DNA from: Octopus sinensis
Lineage: Eukaryota
Length of the DNA stretch: 64,000 bases
Direction of reading: 5' to 3'
NCBI RefSeq assembly: GCF_006345805.1
Contig: NC_043003.1
Location: 115,196,001-115,260,000 of the forward strand
How positions within the stretch are numbered: the first letter of the stretch is position 1; the number at the start of each line of letters is the position of its first letter. Below, in pieces: positions 28,315 to 41,602 of this stretch. A program made the position numbers and the translations under genes. Below the pieces are notes generated by a model, which was not told where the DNA came from, did not search any database, and saw only the letters and a program-made list of their open reading frames with translations.

Positions 28315-28670
28315 TATATATATCGAAGAGTTAAAGTCTGGAGTAGATAAAATCCGAGCTATATATGTTTCATAGCGAGCGGAACCTCGGAAGTGGTAAA
28401 TATTCAAACGAGGTAATACTAATGTTTGCATGTGTAAGTGTCTGTGTGTGTTTGTGTGTGTTCTTGTGAGTGTGTGTGTGTGTGAGTGTGTGTGGATAGA
28501 TTGCTAGCAGGAAGATAAATAAGAGTGCATTTTGCACTATAGAAAACCGACGTGACACTATCTTGATGTCTGCTTCAGCATTGCTTCTTCTAATAGAATA
28601 TCGCCGTTTGCATGGAGATCAGTATTAACTCTCGGTATTCATACTGACTCTCTAGCATATATATATATTC

Positions 28671-29334
28671 GGATCATTTCTGTTTGAACGACAGTTTTTT
28701 TCTAGTGGTGTCATATGAAACTGTCACCCATAATTATAACCCTGGTATCGATCTATTGCATTTCAATCTGTTTTAGGGTTAGGGGTGGGGGAAGGTATCT
28801 TTATTTCTTCACAAATGTAAATAAACCCAATCTGTTTCTTAAACGAGGGACATATTCATACGGCACGGAATGTTGTTTACCTCAATGGACGTCAGTGATT
28901 GGTTGAAATTGCAGAAATTGAAGAAAAAACATAATTTCTAGGTAACTAAAAAAATTTAAACTTCGTATAATGATAGAATGTGTTTATAAAACATCTTTTT
29001 CTCTTGTCTTTATTGAGTAAATTCTATAGTTTGTAAGATATTTGTTGTTATTTTTCTTCAATTTCTGCAATTTCAACCAATCACTGACGTCCATTGAGGT
29101 AAAAAAAAACATTCTGTGCCGTATGAATATGTCCCTCGTTTAAGAAACAGATTGGGTATTTTTACATTTGTGAAGAAAAGAAGATACCCTTCCCCCCACC
29201 TTTAACCCTAACCCTAACTAACCTTAACCCTAAAAGAGATTTAAATGCAATAGATCGATACTAGGGTCACAATTATGGGTGACAATTTCATATGACACCG
29301 CTAGAAAAAACTGCCGTTCAAACCAAAAAGATCC
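28671..29334. mobile_element. Fold-back version of the 2282-2690 MITE with ~260-bp inverted arms
   Basis: 28671-28930 is the reverse complement of ~29050-29334; centre and right arm match 2310-2690; no TSD. Confidence 0.85.
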
Positions 29335-29339
29335 CAAGC

Positions 29340-29640
29340 AGCTCCTAAGAAAACCCGATGAATGTAATCGATCTAAAGTCTTACTGACGCACGACAATAC
29401 AGTCCAAAATACGGCCTTTCACACATTTGAACCCATAGAAAATTTCAGTTTGAATTTGGTGGAACACCCTATGTACAGTTCAGATCTTGTCCCTTCTGTC
29501 GATTAGAAGGAAGTACTTTACGATGTCCCCACTTTGCTACGGATGAAGCGGTGCATAAATGGTTGTGTCACTAGCCGAAAAGTTTCTTCGACGGTATTAG
29601 TAAGTTTTTGGTTCACTGTAAAAGAAAGGCAACTATGATA
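29340..29640 (+). mobile_element. Mariner transposase C-terminal remnant
   Basis: KVLLTHDNT (~LLHDNA), EHPMYSSDLVPSVD (~HPPYSPDLAPSD), EAVHKWL...FFDGISK. Confidence 0.8.
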
Positions 29641-29664
29641 AAATTATGTAAACATTTTGAATTA

Positions 29665-31902
29665 CACAACATAATAGAGCTGTCTATGTTTGGGCCAAAA
29701 GTAACCAGAGATATACAGCCTAAAAGATGCACTCGAAATCTATCCAATCTGAATTTCCACAAAGCAGACTGGAAATCCTTCCAGAAAGAGATCCTCAGAG
29801 AGGACTGGCCGAAATGTCTCTCCACACGAGACATTAACATGAAACTAGAATGTTTCATGTCTGTTGTGCAAACCATATTCCAGAAATATATCCCAGAGCA
29901 CAAGGCCACAAAAACTACGAAGATCCTCATGAAACGACGGACGAAAGTTGCAAGTCGCCTCAACCAACATCCCCAATGTAGCGAAAGGTCCCGCCTAAAA
30001 ACAACAATGATGGAGATTGAAAAAAGCCTGCAACAATCTTATATGAGGGAAAGAGCAGACAAAGAATGCTGGATTATAAAAAACATTAAGTCAAACCCGA
30101 AGGCCTTCTTTCATTACGCGAAAGAAACAGCCTCAGTACACTGCAAGATAGGACCCCTCCCCCAAAAGGATGGCTCCCTCACAGACAGTCCAACTAAGAT
30201 CAGTGAGATACTGACTGACCAGTTCAAAAGTGTCTTTAACACCCCGTTGGAACACAGACAAGTGAACGAACCAGTGGACCCCTTGGCCGCTTCACCTATA
30301 ACCAGCGGGGCAGTTACAATGGAATACATTGACATTAGCGAAGAGGATACACTACTAGCCATAGATGAAGTGGACACAAACTCAACTGCTGGTCCTGATG
30401 GTTTCCCAGAAAACCTCCTCAGATCGTGTAAGCATGCCCTGGAAAAACCCCTTCAGATTCTCTTCCAGAGCTTTCTTGGAAATGGCAAACTGGCAAGCAA
30501 GTTGAAGGAGGGAATAATATGCCCAATCCATAAAGGGGAAAGCAGAGCAGATGCCAAAAACTGTAGGCCTATCTCTCTGACCTCACACATCAGCAAAGTC
30601 AGGGAATGGGTAGTCAGAGGGAAACTAATCGCATTCCTTGAAGAAAATTACTTGCTGAGCATAGCTTTCGACCAGGTAGGAGTTGCCTGACCCAGCTCAT
30701 ACAACATTATGACTGGGTGTTGAGGCAGTTACTCAACAACTCAAATGTGGACGTAATATACCTTGATTTTGCAAAAGCTTTCGACAATGTGGATCATGCG
30801 TGATCTTCACATAGCTGGAAAAATTGGAGAGTGGTTTCATGACTCTCTGAATGATACGAGTCAGGCAGTAGGGGTTTAATAGAGCCACCTCTATGAACAC
30901 ACAAATAGTGAACGGTGTTCAACAGGGAACTGTCTTGGGACCATTGTTTTTTATAGTGGCCATCACCAATAGCCACCCTTGCAAGTGCCAGGATAGCCAC
31001 CCTTGCAAGTTATGCAGATGATACGAAAGTTTCGCAGAAAATACAGCGATGTTGCACACCTGCAGCAGGATAATAATATGCAGTTTAATGCTGTAAAAGT
31101 CCTGCGCTACCAGCATCAAAAGTTGAATATGAAACTTACAGGGTACACCGGTCCACAGGGAATTTAATTCCCAGGGCCTAAATCTGTGAGGGACCTGGGT
31201 ATCGACATGAGTGATGATACTTCTTTCCAAGTGCATATTACCAGGATGGCGACAACGTGCAGACGACTGGCTAGATGGGTCCTAAGAACATTCAGAACCA
31301 GAGCCGCCTGGATTACTGCTCACAGATATGGCCACCCACCAGTGTGAAATTAACAGCGGACCTTGAAGCAATCCAGAGAAGATTCACAAAGATGGTCTCT
31401 TTGCAATAGCTCAGCTACTGGAAAAGGTTGAAACAGCTAAGACTCCACTCTCTGGAGAGAAGACGGGAGAGATATGCTGTAATATATATCTAGAAGATCC
31501 TGGAAGAAATTGTACTAAATTTTGGCATTGAAAACTATACCAATGCCAGAATGGGACGACACTTCATAGTGCCAAAGATCCAAGCAACGCCATCGCGATT
31601 CAGGACCAGTTACTCCAACAGCCTGGGAGTCAGGAGCCTACATCTTTTTAATATTCTCCCAAAGTGCCTGAGGAACCTGCACAAAGTAGATGTAGGTTTT
31701 TTTTAATCAAAGCTGGATGGACCCTGTCGAGTGTCCCAGATGAACCTACCTCATGGCAAGATGTGCAAATGAGGGTAGCTACATCAAACTCCATTCTACA
31801 CCAAGTACCACATATTAGAGGAGGCTCTTAGTAACAACAGTGTAGTAAAACGGCGGTGCATCAGCATGGCCGCAGCTCTGAGCTGGAACTAGACAGAAAA
31901 TA
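29665..31902 (+). mobile_element. 5'-truncated CR1-group LINE ORF2 (RT) with 3' end, pseudogenised
   Basis: HNIIEL, NFHKADW, KSNPKAFFHY, GPDG, PIHKG, RPISLTSHISK, IYLDFAKAFDNVDH, GVQQGTVLGPL, YADD, SLERRRERY; multiple frameshifts and stops. Confidence 0.92.
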
Positions 31903-33952
31903 ATATACATCATATATATAATATATATCATATAAAATAATATATATATATATTTGTAGGAATGTATGCATACAATAACAGAGTGAGATAGAGAGCGACA
32001 GAAATGAGCAAAGGAGAGTTATTTACACTTATTTTTCCACTTCTCAAATTCTTTTAGATTTTGTCTCAATGTATGTATTTCCTTTGCGCTATATGTATAA
32101 ATGCATATATTTGCTCTTTTTGCTTTGAAATTTCTTTTATTATTTTCATCGGACCGAAGTCACCCCGAGAATCCTTGATATATACAATCTCTCTATATCA
32201 ACCCCTAATAGTGGCAATAAGTTGAAGCCTTTAATTGCAATTTTAGCTTACGATTTATGGCTCGTGGCTTCTTTTGCCTCGTATTTCGTAATGTGTTAGA
32301 CTTTCCAGAGTTAACTATGATTGTAACACTTTCTGTGTTACTACATACATTATGCATTGAGATTTTTATATATCTATATTATGATAAATCTATATATTCC
32401 ATATTTCTGACTGCGAGCTTGGATTTCTAGAGATGTTAGTGTGTTTCGCTGAGTTACATGCCATTTATTATTATTTTTTTTTTTCCTTAACGTCGCAGGA
32501 AATTCTGTTGATATTCGACTGTGATATTTGTCCTGCGGTGAAACTTTCACTTATTGAAGTACCACATAGCGCCCAGCTGCCTATAACAATTATTTATCGT
32601 TTTTTTCCGGCCTTTCTTGGCTTCTATAATAATATTCTACATCGTACATTTTTATTTCTTTATATTGCTACTTTGTCGGGTTGTCTTTTGTCCGAAATCT
32701 CTTGTCCTATTAAGTGATTTAAGAAACTTGAAGAAAGTGAGCATCTAATTTATTGCGGGGGTGCAAAATTTGAGACCAACAGTTCAATAAGATTTAAAAC
32801 TGATATTAAATTTGACATATTCGTATGTTTTTCTTTCCTTATATTGATGCTAAGATAAACACTAACGCACAAAGACAAACTGGCATACATACATACATGC
32901 ATGCGTATATTTGTATTTATGCATGCATCTTTGAATACATGTATGTTGGTATACGTATATGCAATATAAAATAGTAAAATTAGTAAAAAGATGAAAGCCA
33001 TGCATCATTAAAATATCATTTAGGGTAAGAACTTTGTACTCTGATATTTTACGGTTAAAGAGGAGACAGAGAGTGAAAGAGAGGAAATGATCCAGATGCA
33101 TAGAGCAAGAGAATGGAGAGAGGGGGAGCGAGAGAGAGAGAGAGAGAGAGCAATGACAACAAGAAAAAATAGAAAAGGAAAGGGAGTGTTTGGGAGAAAA
33201 ATAAAATGAACGCTTTATTTAGGATAAATAATGTTTGGTGTTGAAATTCGTGTTTCAGTTTTGGCAATATGTTTGAAGAAGTTGGTGGATTTGCAATATA
33301 TATTTTCGAAACTTTTATGCAATAATTTCTTGTTATTCCTTTATCTTTGTCACTTTTATGCCTATTCTCCGGTTTAACGGTATTTATGGTTTAGTTGACG
33401 GTTAAATACCTTCACATGTTTTAGTTACTTTACGTAGAATGGTTTAAAACTTTGTTCTATTCACACTTCCATACATAAAACCAAAATACATTTTATATTT
33501 TTTATTGCGTAAATACCTTGCTTTTACACTATCATATGAGCGCTTGTGGGTATACATATATATAAGTGTGTGTGTTTGTGTTTGTGTATATATGTACACG
33601 TACAACATTCACTCCCCCAGATCACAGGTACATTTTCACATATATAAGAATAATAAAATACTAAAACGCATGTTTGGACGCCTATGTAGTTGTTGTGGTG
33701 GTATATTGTATATTGCATATGCAGGTTTTACTTTTCTACTGTTGTAGAAAAGATGGATGTATATACATACGTACATACATGCATATATGCATATATAGAT
33801 ATTATATATATATATATATATATATTATTACATATATATATGTATATATACGTAGTAATATATTATATATAATATATTATAATATATACATAATATATAG
33901 TATATATACGTAGTATATATATATAAACAATAATATATGTATATATACGTAG

Positions 33953-34001
<49 letters not shown>

Positions 34002-34007
34002 ATATCT

Positions 34008-34062
<55 letters not shown>

Positions 34063-34074
34063 ATATATATATAT

Positions 34075-34146
<72 letters not shown>

Positions 34147-35121
34147 TATATATATAATATACCTAAACCATTGGGTGTTAAATGTGTTATGGGAGAAATA
34201 CTATGAAAATTTCAAAGGAAAATATGTGGAAACGAGTAATGACAATGGATAAAACACGAAGCAGAGTAGATTTATTCAAAAGAATAACTGTACGTAACAG
34301 GGAAATATATTAGGTTGTAGCTAGGAGACAACAGCACGACTAATTAAATTATTAAATATGATGGACAACGAAACGGGGGGGGAGAGGAGATATCACAGAA
34401 TTCAATCAAGAACTGTTTTTTTTTTTTTTGCAAAAAATTTCTAATAAGATAACAAAATTGTATAAATGTCCTAGAAATACACTGAAACAATTTGTATGCA
34501 AGCCTTGGCGGGAGAAGGAAAACGGACCATTTTTTTTCCATTTCTTTGTTTATACACCCGCAAGCATACACATACACACATATATACACACACATGCACT
34601 CACATACACACACACGTACGTGCATACATGCAACCACGCACGCACACAACCATACGCGTGCAAACACACTATGTATGTGTATATATATATTTTTTATATC
34701 TGTGTGTAATTACATACACACTTACACACACACACACACACACACACGCATATACAGGGAGAGAAAGAGTATACATACATGCACATATACATTTATACAC
34801 ATATATGTATATATGTCTGTGTATGTGTCCTCGTGTTTGTCCGTATGAGTGTGGGGGTGTAGCTATAAGTGCATGTATATTGAAATATGTATCAATATGT
34901 ATATATTATCAACGATAGGTGAGGAGAGAACCCTACTTACAAAATATGGAGAGGTTAATCCTTTGGCATGTAGTGTAGAAGAGCGAGATGTAACTAAATG
35001 ATATATAATAAATAGTTATATTCAGCAGATTTAATATCATATATTCAAAACCAGCTTTCGATAATTCAATTGCACATGAGAAGCTAAATATTCTGGTTTT
35101 GGAAACTCAACTGAAGTGTTT

Positions 35122-35428
35122 GTGGTGACACATGGCCAAGTGGTTAGAGTAGCGGACTCACGGTCGAGGGATCGCGGGTTCGAATCTCAGACCGGGCGAT
35201 GTGTGCGTTTTTGAGCGAAACACCTAAGCTCCACGCGGCTCCTGCAGAAGTTAATGGTGAAACTTCTGCTGATTCTTTCGCTACCACTTTCTCTCATTCT
35301 TCCCTTCTGCATCTTGCAGCTTACCTGCGATAGACCGGCGTCCAGTCCATGTGGGGAACCTATACACCAAGAAAACCGGGAAACCGGCCCTTATGAGCCA
35401 GGCATAACTCCAGAAGGAACAAACAACA
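35122..35428 (+). mobile_element. Full-length SINE family R with TSD
   Basis: A-box TGGCCAAGTGG and B-box GGTTCGAATCTC; flanked by direct repeat CTGAAGTGTTT (35111-35121 and 35430-35440). Confidence 0.92.
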
Positions 35429-35897
35429 CCTGAAGTGTTTCAGGTCATTATTTAGAGAGAGAGAGCATCATTCGGAATGTATTTCATACGTGATACTCGT
35501 TATAATTTTGCTTGCTAATTTGACATCAAACACTGGTATATACACCACTTTTATAATATATATCTTTGGTTGTAGCATGTGCCTAATATGCGGTGTTAGT
35601 CACCTGCAGCTGAAGAAGAAAAGCATGCTAACACCATGTGATCTAGCAGTTCTGACGTCCAGAACAGACGATTTTGTCTGCTACGACGAATGTGAATGCT
35701 TTTAAGCAATTGATGTCTCCACGAGATTTCTCAAGGCTAATATCACAGTATTTGGTGCGCTAATAGTACATCCACGTTTAGTAATATATAAAAATTGCCT
35801 TCTGGCATAAATACTGATTCCGTCAATAATATACATACATACATGCATACACACATATATATATATATGATTGTGTGTGTATCTATGTATACATATA

Positions 35898-36276
35898 TAT
35901 TTCTTTATTGCCCACAAGGGGCTAAACATAGAGGGGACAAACAAGGACAGACAAAGGGATTAAGTCGATTACATCGAACCCCCCCCCCCATTGCGAAACT
36001 GGTACTTTATTTGAATTCAGAACATAACGACAGACGAAATACCTATTTCTTTATTACCCACAAGGGGCTAAACATAGAAGGGACAAACAAGAACAGACAT
36101 AGGTATTAAGTCGATTACATCGACCTCAGTGCGGAACTGGTACTTAATTTATCGACCCCGAAAGGATGAAAGGCAAAGTCGACCTCGGCGGAATTTGAAC
36201 TCACAACGTAACGACAGACGAAATACCGCTAAGCATTTCGCCCGGCGCGCTAACGAGTCCGCCAGCACGCCGCCTT
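35898..36276 (-). mobile_element. SINE family M: full copy (36044-36276) abutting a headless, internally deleted copy (35898-36043)
   Basis: TATTTCTTTATT.CCCACAAGGGGCTAAACATAG tail occurs twice; head ..CGCCGCCTT occurs once. Confidence 0.85.
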
Positions 36277-36937
36277 GTATACATATATATGTATGATTTC
36301 ATTAACACGAAGCATGCATGCATACACGCGGATTGCTCGTGACTTTTACACACGTTATAAGAATAAGTAGGAAAGGAATGGAAATTGCAGCGGCATCGTT
36401 TCAGGATCGATTCCGTTTGCAGCACGGCTCCACGTCACCGAATCGAGATTCCCAAAGCTTACATTTGCGCAAATGTGAGGCCTGTTATCTATATCAATAC
36501 TAATGAAAATCAATGTTCTTCAACTCTCTACATCATTGGTACGTGTGGCAGCATATTTCGTCTCTCAGACTTTCTCTCCATCAACCTATCTCCCTCTTAC
36601 TCATTCAGTCACTCTCTCTCTCTTTCTACATATGTACATACATATTTACATACACATACCTACGTACATACTACATACATTCATATATATATATAATATA
36701 TATATATATATATTAATATATATATATATATATCTACATATATATTCAAAGGGCGCCTTTGAATAATATATATATATACATATATATTCAAAGGGCGCCC
36801 TTTGAATATACACATGTATTAGAATTTTCTCTGATTTTTCAGATTTTGATATGCTAGGCTACTGGTTTTAAATAGATATTAATTAAATTAATATTAAATG
36901 TATCTCCCTCATTATTTAAATATATATATATATATAT

Positions 36938-37174
36938 ATTCTTTTACTCTTTTACCTGCTTCAGTAATTTGACTGCGGCCATGCTGGAGTACCACCTTTA
37001 GTCGAGCAAATCGCCCCTAGGACATATTCTTTGTAAGCCTTGTACTTATTCTATCGGTCTCATTTGCCGAACCGCTAAGTTACAGAGACATAAACTCACC
37101 AGCATGGGTTGTCAAGCGTTGTTGGGGGGACAAACACAGACACACACACACACACATTATATATATTATATATT

Positions 37175-37205
<31 letters not shown>

Positions 37206-37272
37206 CATATATACAAGGGGATTCTTCAGTTTCCATCTACTAAAATCCACTCCCAAGGCTTTGGTCGGCCCG
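36938..37272 (-). mobile_element. SINE family C, 5' truncated
   Basis: Matches 16824-17135. Confidence 0.85.
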
Positions 37273-38181
37273 GTGTGTATGTATGTATAAATTTACACAC
37301 TAATAAACGCATTCCGTTGTCGATGATAATTTAAATTTTCCCTCAAGTAGATAAATTGCATCTGCATTGACTGATAAAGGGCTGCACTTTAGATATATAG
37401 ATGGACAAAGAATATAAGTCTGGGGTTCAAAATGTGTCCCACGATGTGTAGATGTGTATGAAGTCTTTACTATTTAGATTCCGGCCAATATCGACCTGGA
37501 GAGATTCTAAACAATTTTCGTTTCTCTAGTAGCATGCAAAATGCATTGGACATACGAAACTCTTGAAAATGGCACACGCCTAAGACGGCACTTAGTGGGA
37601 TGGAGCGTGGGACATATTTGTTTTCAGAGTTCTCCTATGCCATTCGAACATATAGTGCTTACACACGCACACACTGGCACACACACACACACACGTACAT
37701 TTGTACTATATACACAAAGACATACAGACACACCTATTAACACATCGTAGTAATATATATATATATGAGTAAGCAATACTTTGATTATTTGTCAATATCC
37801 GCCTCTGTTTATTTATGTCAGCATCAGTATGTGTTAAGTGTGTGTGTGTGTGTGTTCAGTGTGTGTGTGTATGTGTTAAGTGTGTGTGTGTATGTGTACG
37901 CTTGTGTGAGTTTGTGTTGAGGCGTGTTTGTATTGGGGGATATTTGTGTTTAGCTCCGTGTGAGAGTGTGTGCGCTCGACTATGTGTGTGTTTGAGTGTA
38001 TGTGTGTGTGCCTGTGCGTGTATGTGTATGTGTGTGACTTTCCAATCTTCCGTGTCTGTGTTTATGATATATTTCTAATTTGATATCCGTTTTAATTTAT
38101 TTTTCACTATCAGGAAGCATACTAGAGAATAAAACACATTCTTCACATAGAATCTCAACTCCAAATCGACCAGGGTCTAAT

Positions 38182-38222
<41 letters not shown>

Positions 38223-38713
38223 AAGTTTACTTTTATCTCCATGTCTCTTCAGTCTTCTACACCCCCTACACACCGGACAAGTTCGTTGTATTAACCCAAA
38301 GGAAACCTAAAGGTCACACTATGGGATTTGATTGAATCAACACTGAACAAAGTTCTAAATAAATCTAATAAATTTAATTTGCGAATTTTGAGAGTGATTC
38401 ATTTTGTAATAGCAATACACGAGTTACACTCAAACACACTCACACACAGCGACACACTCACCCACCGTCAGTTTAAACCCACATACATACACTATCACAC
38501 CACACACACACACACACACACACACGCATACATACGTGAAATCCGTTTACAAACAAATACATATATATATATATATATAATAATATATATATACTAGTAT
38601 ATACATGCATACACATACAATTATATATTTACATACACTAATGCAAATAAACATATACACGCATGCACATATGAAAGTATATATGTGCATTTATATATAT
38701 ATGTGTGTGTATA

Positions 38714-38754
<41 letters not shown>

Positions 38755-38819
38755 ATAAATATAATTAATATATATATATGTACAAACATATACTTATATA
38801 AGTATATATCCACATATAT

Positions 38820-38884
<65 letters not shown>

Positions 38885-39038
38885 CACAACTATAAGAGAG
38901 AATCCACTCTGTGGACGCTCTTACGCTAGATATAGATCCGCAAGGGGAATCCACCACTAAGTCTTTTATACGCTAGGCCACTTGGTTTTTAAATTGGTGT
39001 TATTAAATAAATATCCAATTTTATCACCTTATTTTGAC

Positions 39039-39075
<37 letters not shown>

Positions 39076-39981
39076 TTAAATACTTACATGTGTACATACC
39101 GGTACTTGAACCGTCATCACTACAGCAATATATAAATTTCTTTCAGCAAAATAAATATACTCTTCCTTATATAATTCAAATACATTTTCGCCTTCAAATC
39201 TGTAGTAGACTATTTCGTTGATTGATTCATGTAAATTCGTATTTTGTTCGACCGGAGATCATATTTTATTCTGTATATTATAAATATCAAATATATTTTT
39301 TGTGTTTAAAAATATATATATGAATGTTTCCGCATACAATTCGATAGCAAAGCTCCACTTTTGAAAGCATAACACTGTAGGATCTTCTCAATTAATAAGA
39401 ATGTCATCGCATTTACGCGTCACAAACAACCTACAAAACGACGAAGTGACACTTCCATCGAACGCATCACTCGACTTGTGGAAAGCTGTCAGCACTTGTG
39501 GGTGTTCTCGGTGCCGAACGCCTCCTCACGGTCTTTGCTTGACCCAGGACTACCTCTTTCCCAAAACTAGTCTCACATGTAACATCCATTGTCGTTCACC
39601 TTCAAGAAAATGCTGGAGATTTTACAAACCCCACGGAATTGGTGGATCATCATAATCCATTAGAGTAACAATTTCATTTAGCTGCTGATGTAAACTAATT
39701 CGAACATGTTCCTTCCGCAAGAAGATAAAATAAGTAGACGCTACGATCGCATTAGTCCCGAAATGGCAAAACCAAATTAGGCAGTTGGTAATAGATGCCA
39801 GATAGGATGCAAAGGTTCGCTACCTCTGCTTCGTCCTCTTTCATGTTGTTTCAAAATAATCGGAGAATGAACGGTCAGTTGTGTAAAGAACGGAAACAAA
39901 CAACACACAATAAATTCCTTTATCTATGGGTGCATATGTATATGCGTATGTAAATTAGTATATATATATATATGTAAATAT

Positions 39982-40032
<51 letters not shown>

Positions 40033-40346
40033 TGTGTGTGTGCTTGTCATGTATGTACGTATTATGTATGTATTTATTTATGTATAGTATGTATGTATTA
40101 TGTATGTATGGCGACCGTTTTCTTAAAATGTTCAATGTCCTGGTTTTCTTGGTGTGCTTTAATATTATTTCTAAGTATCGTAATCTGTGATATGAAGGCT
40201 ATTTGATCGATATGTCACGCGATTAATTAAAGATTAACGAAGAGATTATGATAACTGGAACAAATTTACAGATTGCATTTAAAGGTAAAAATAATCTTCC
40301 AATTACTACCACTCAACCTAATCTTTTCAATCTGCCTATATATATA

Positions 40347-41414
40347 CACTAGCCAAAATAAGTTTAAGACCGATGATGACAGTTCTACTCCTGTATTAAA
40401 TTATTTTAAACAAAACTGTTTAAAATAATTTTAAAATTATTTTACTTTTTACAGTTTATGTAGAATTACAATTTGATTAAAAATTGTCGGCAAAGTAAGT
40501 GTAAGAGCGTACCAACGACATGTCTTGTTTAAATTGACACTAACGGCACAAATGATTAACCAACAAAAATTCATTGCTAGTGTCTAGTTCCGTAGCCATT
40601 ATTTTCAATTACGGCTTTACAACGGTGGGACATGTAGTTCGACAAATGAGCGCGAAAAACATTTGGAATGTTCTGTCATATTTCCTTATTAAAATTATAT
40701 AATTGGGGCAAATCTCTTGTTCTTTTTTAGCATGAACTCTTTTAGAAACATAATTCCATATATTTTCTATCAGATTCAAATCTGGGCTCTGCAAAGGTCA
40801 CTCAATAACCACCAGCTTTATGACTGGGGCTCCTGGAAAATAGATCCCGGTGGCATCAGATTATTTAAATATGGCAGCACATTTTCTGTTATTAATTGTA
40901 GATAGCCTACACCGTTCAGTTTGCAAATGTCCACTGATTTTAGCACTCGGTTACTTTCCGAGAGTCTATGAATTCGCCGAGCCATCCGTACTGTTGTTTT
41001 TCTCGGAACGCCCGTTCTTTGCCAGTCTTTGTATTGGCCAGTGGCTTGGTAAAGCTTCCATGCTCGAACACAAGCCGTTCCCCTGCATCCTAATTGCTTG
41101 CTAAGGTTCATGAAGGACACATTTTGCTAATGAAGCAACACGATCTTTGATCCACTAACTGGGCAGATATTACGACTCTTGCATAATTTTGGTACGGTCT
41201 TAAACTTATTTTGCCGACAATTTCTAATCATTTGAATTAATTGCACATCAAAATTATTCCAATTGTAGAAAGATATACGAGTATACATCATTCGAAAGAG
41301 AAAGAAATTCTACATAAACTGTAATAAGTAAAATAATTTTACTCGGTTTTTTAAAAACATATTAATGAAGAAACAAAACTGTCATCATCGGTCTTAAACT
41401 TATTTTGGCCAGTG
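40347..41414 (-). mobile_element. Internally deleted Tc1 (DD34E) transposon with IR/DR-type long TIRs
   Basis: CACT(A/G)GCCAAAATAAGTTTAAGACCGATGATGACAGTT termini with TA flanks; inner repeats at ~40486-40515 and ~41189-41219; RTGVPRKTT (~GRPR) and QSPDLNLIENIW. Confidence 0.9.
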
Positions 41415-41602
41415 TATATACATTTCATACACACGCGCGCACGCATACATACGCGCACACAGACACACATACGCGCGCACCCCCATCCACACACATATAC
41501 AAACACCCATATATATACATATATATAGTTCCGTGATGTTAAGATCAACAACAAACTACTGTAACTGGTGAGAGATAAATATTGTTTAATAAACACAATA
41601 TA

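Noticed and set aside
29203-29233. Telomere or chromosome-fusion scar
   Set aside because: Only a few imperfect CCCTAA units, and they are internal to a MITE
29608-30690. Longest ORF (360 aa) as a functional gene
   Set aside because: Fragment of LINE ORF2 fused to a mariner end; the RT core downstream is frame-shifted and contains stops
30968-31009. 18-bp direct repeat ATAGCCACCCTTGCAAGT
   Set aside because: Local duplication inside a dead LINE with no sign of function
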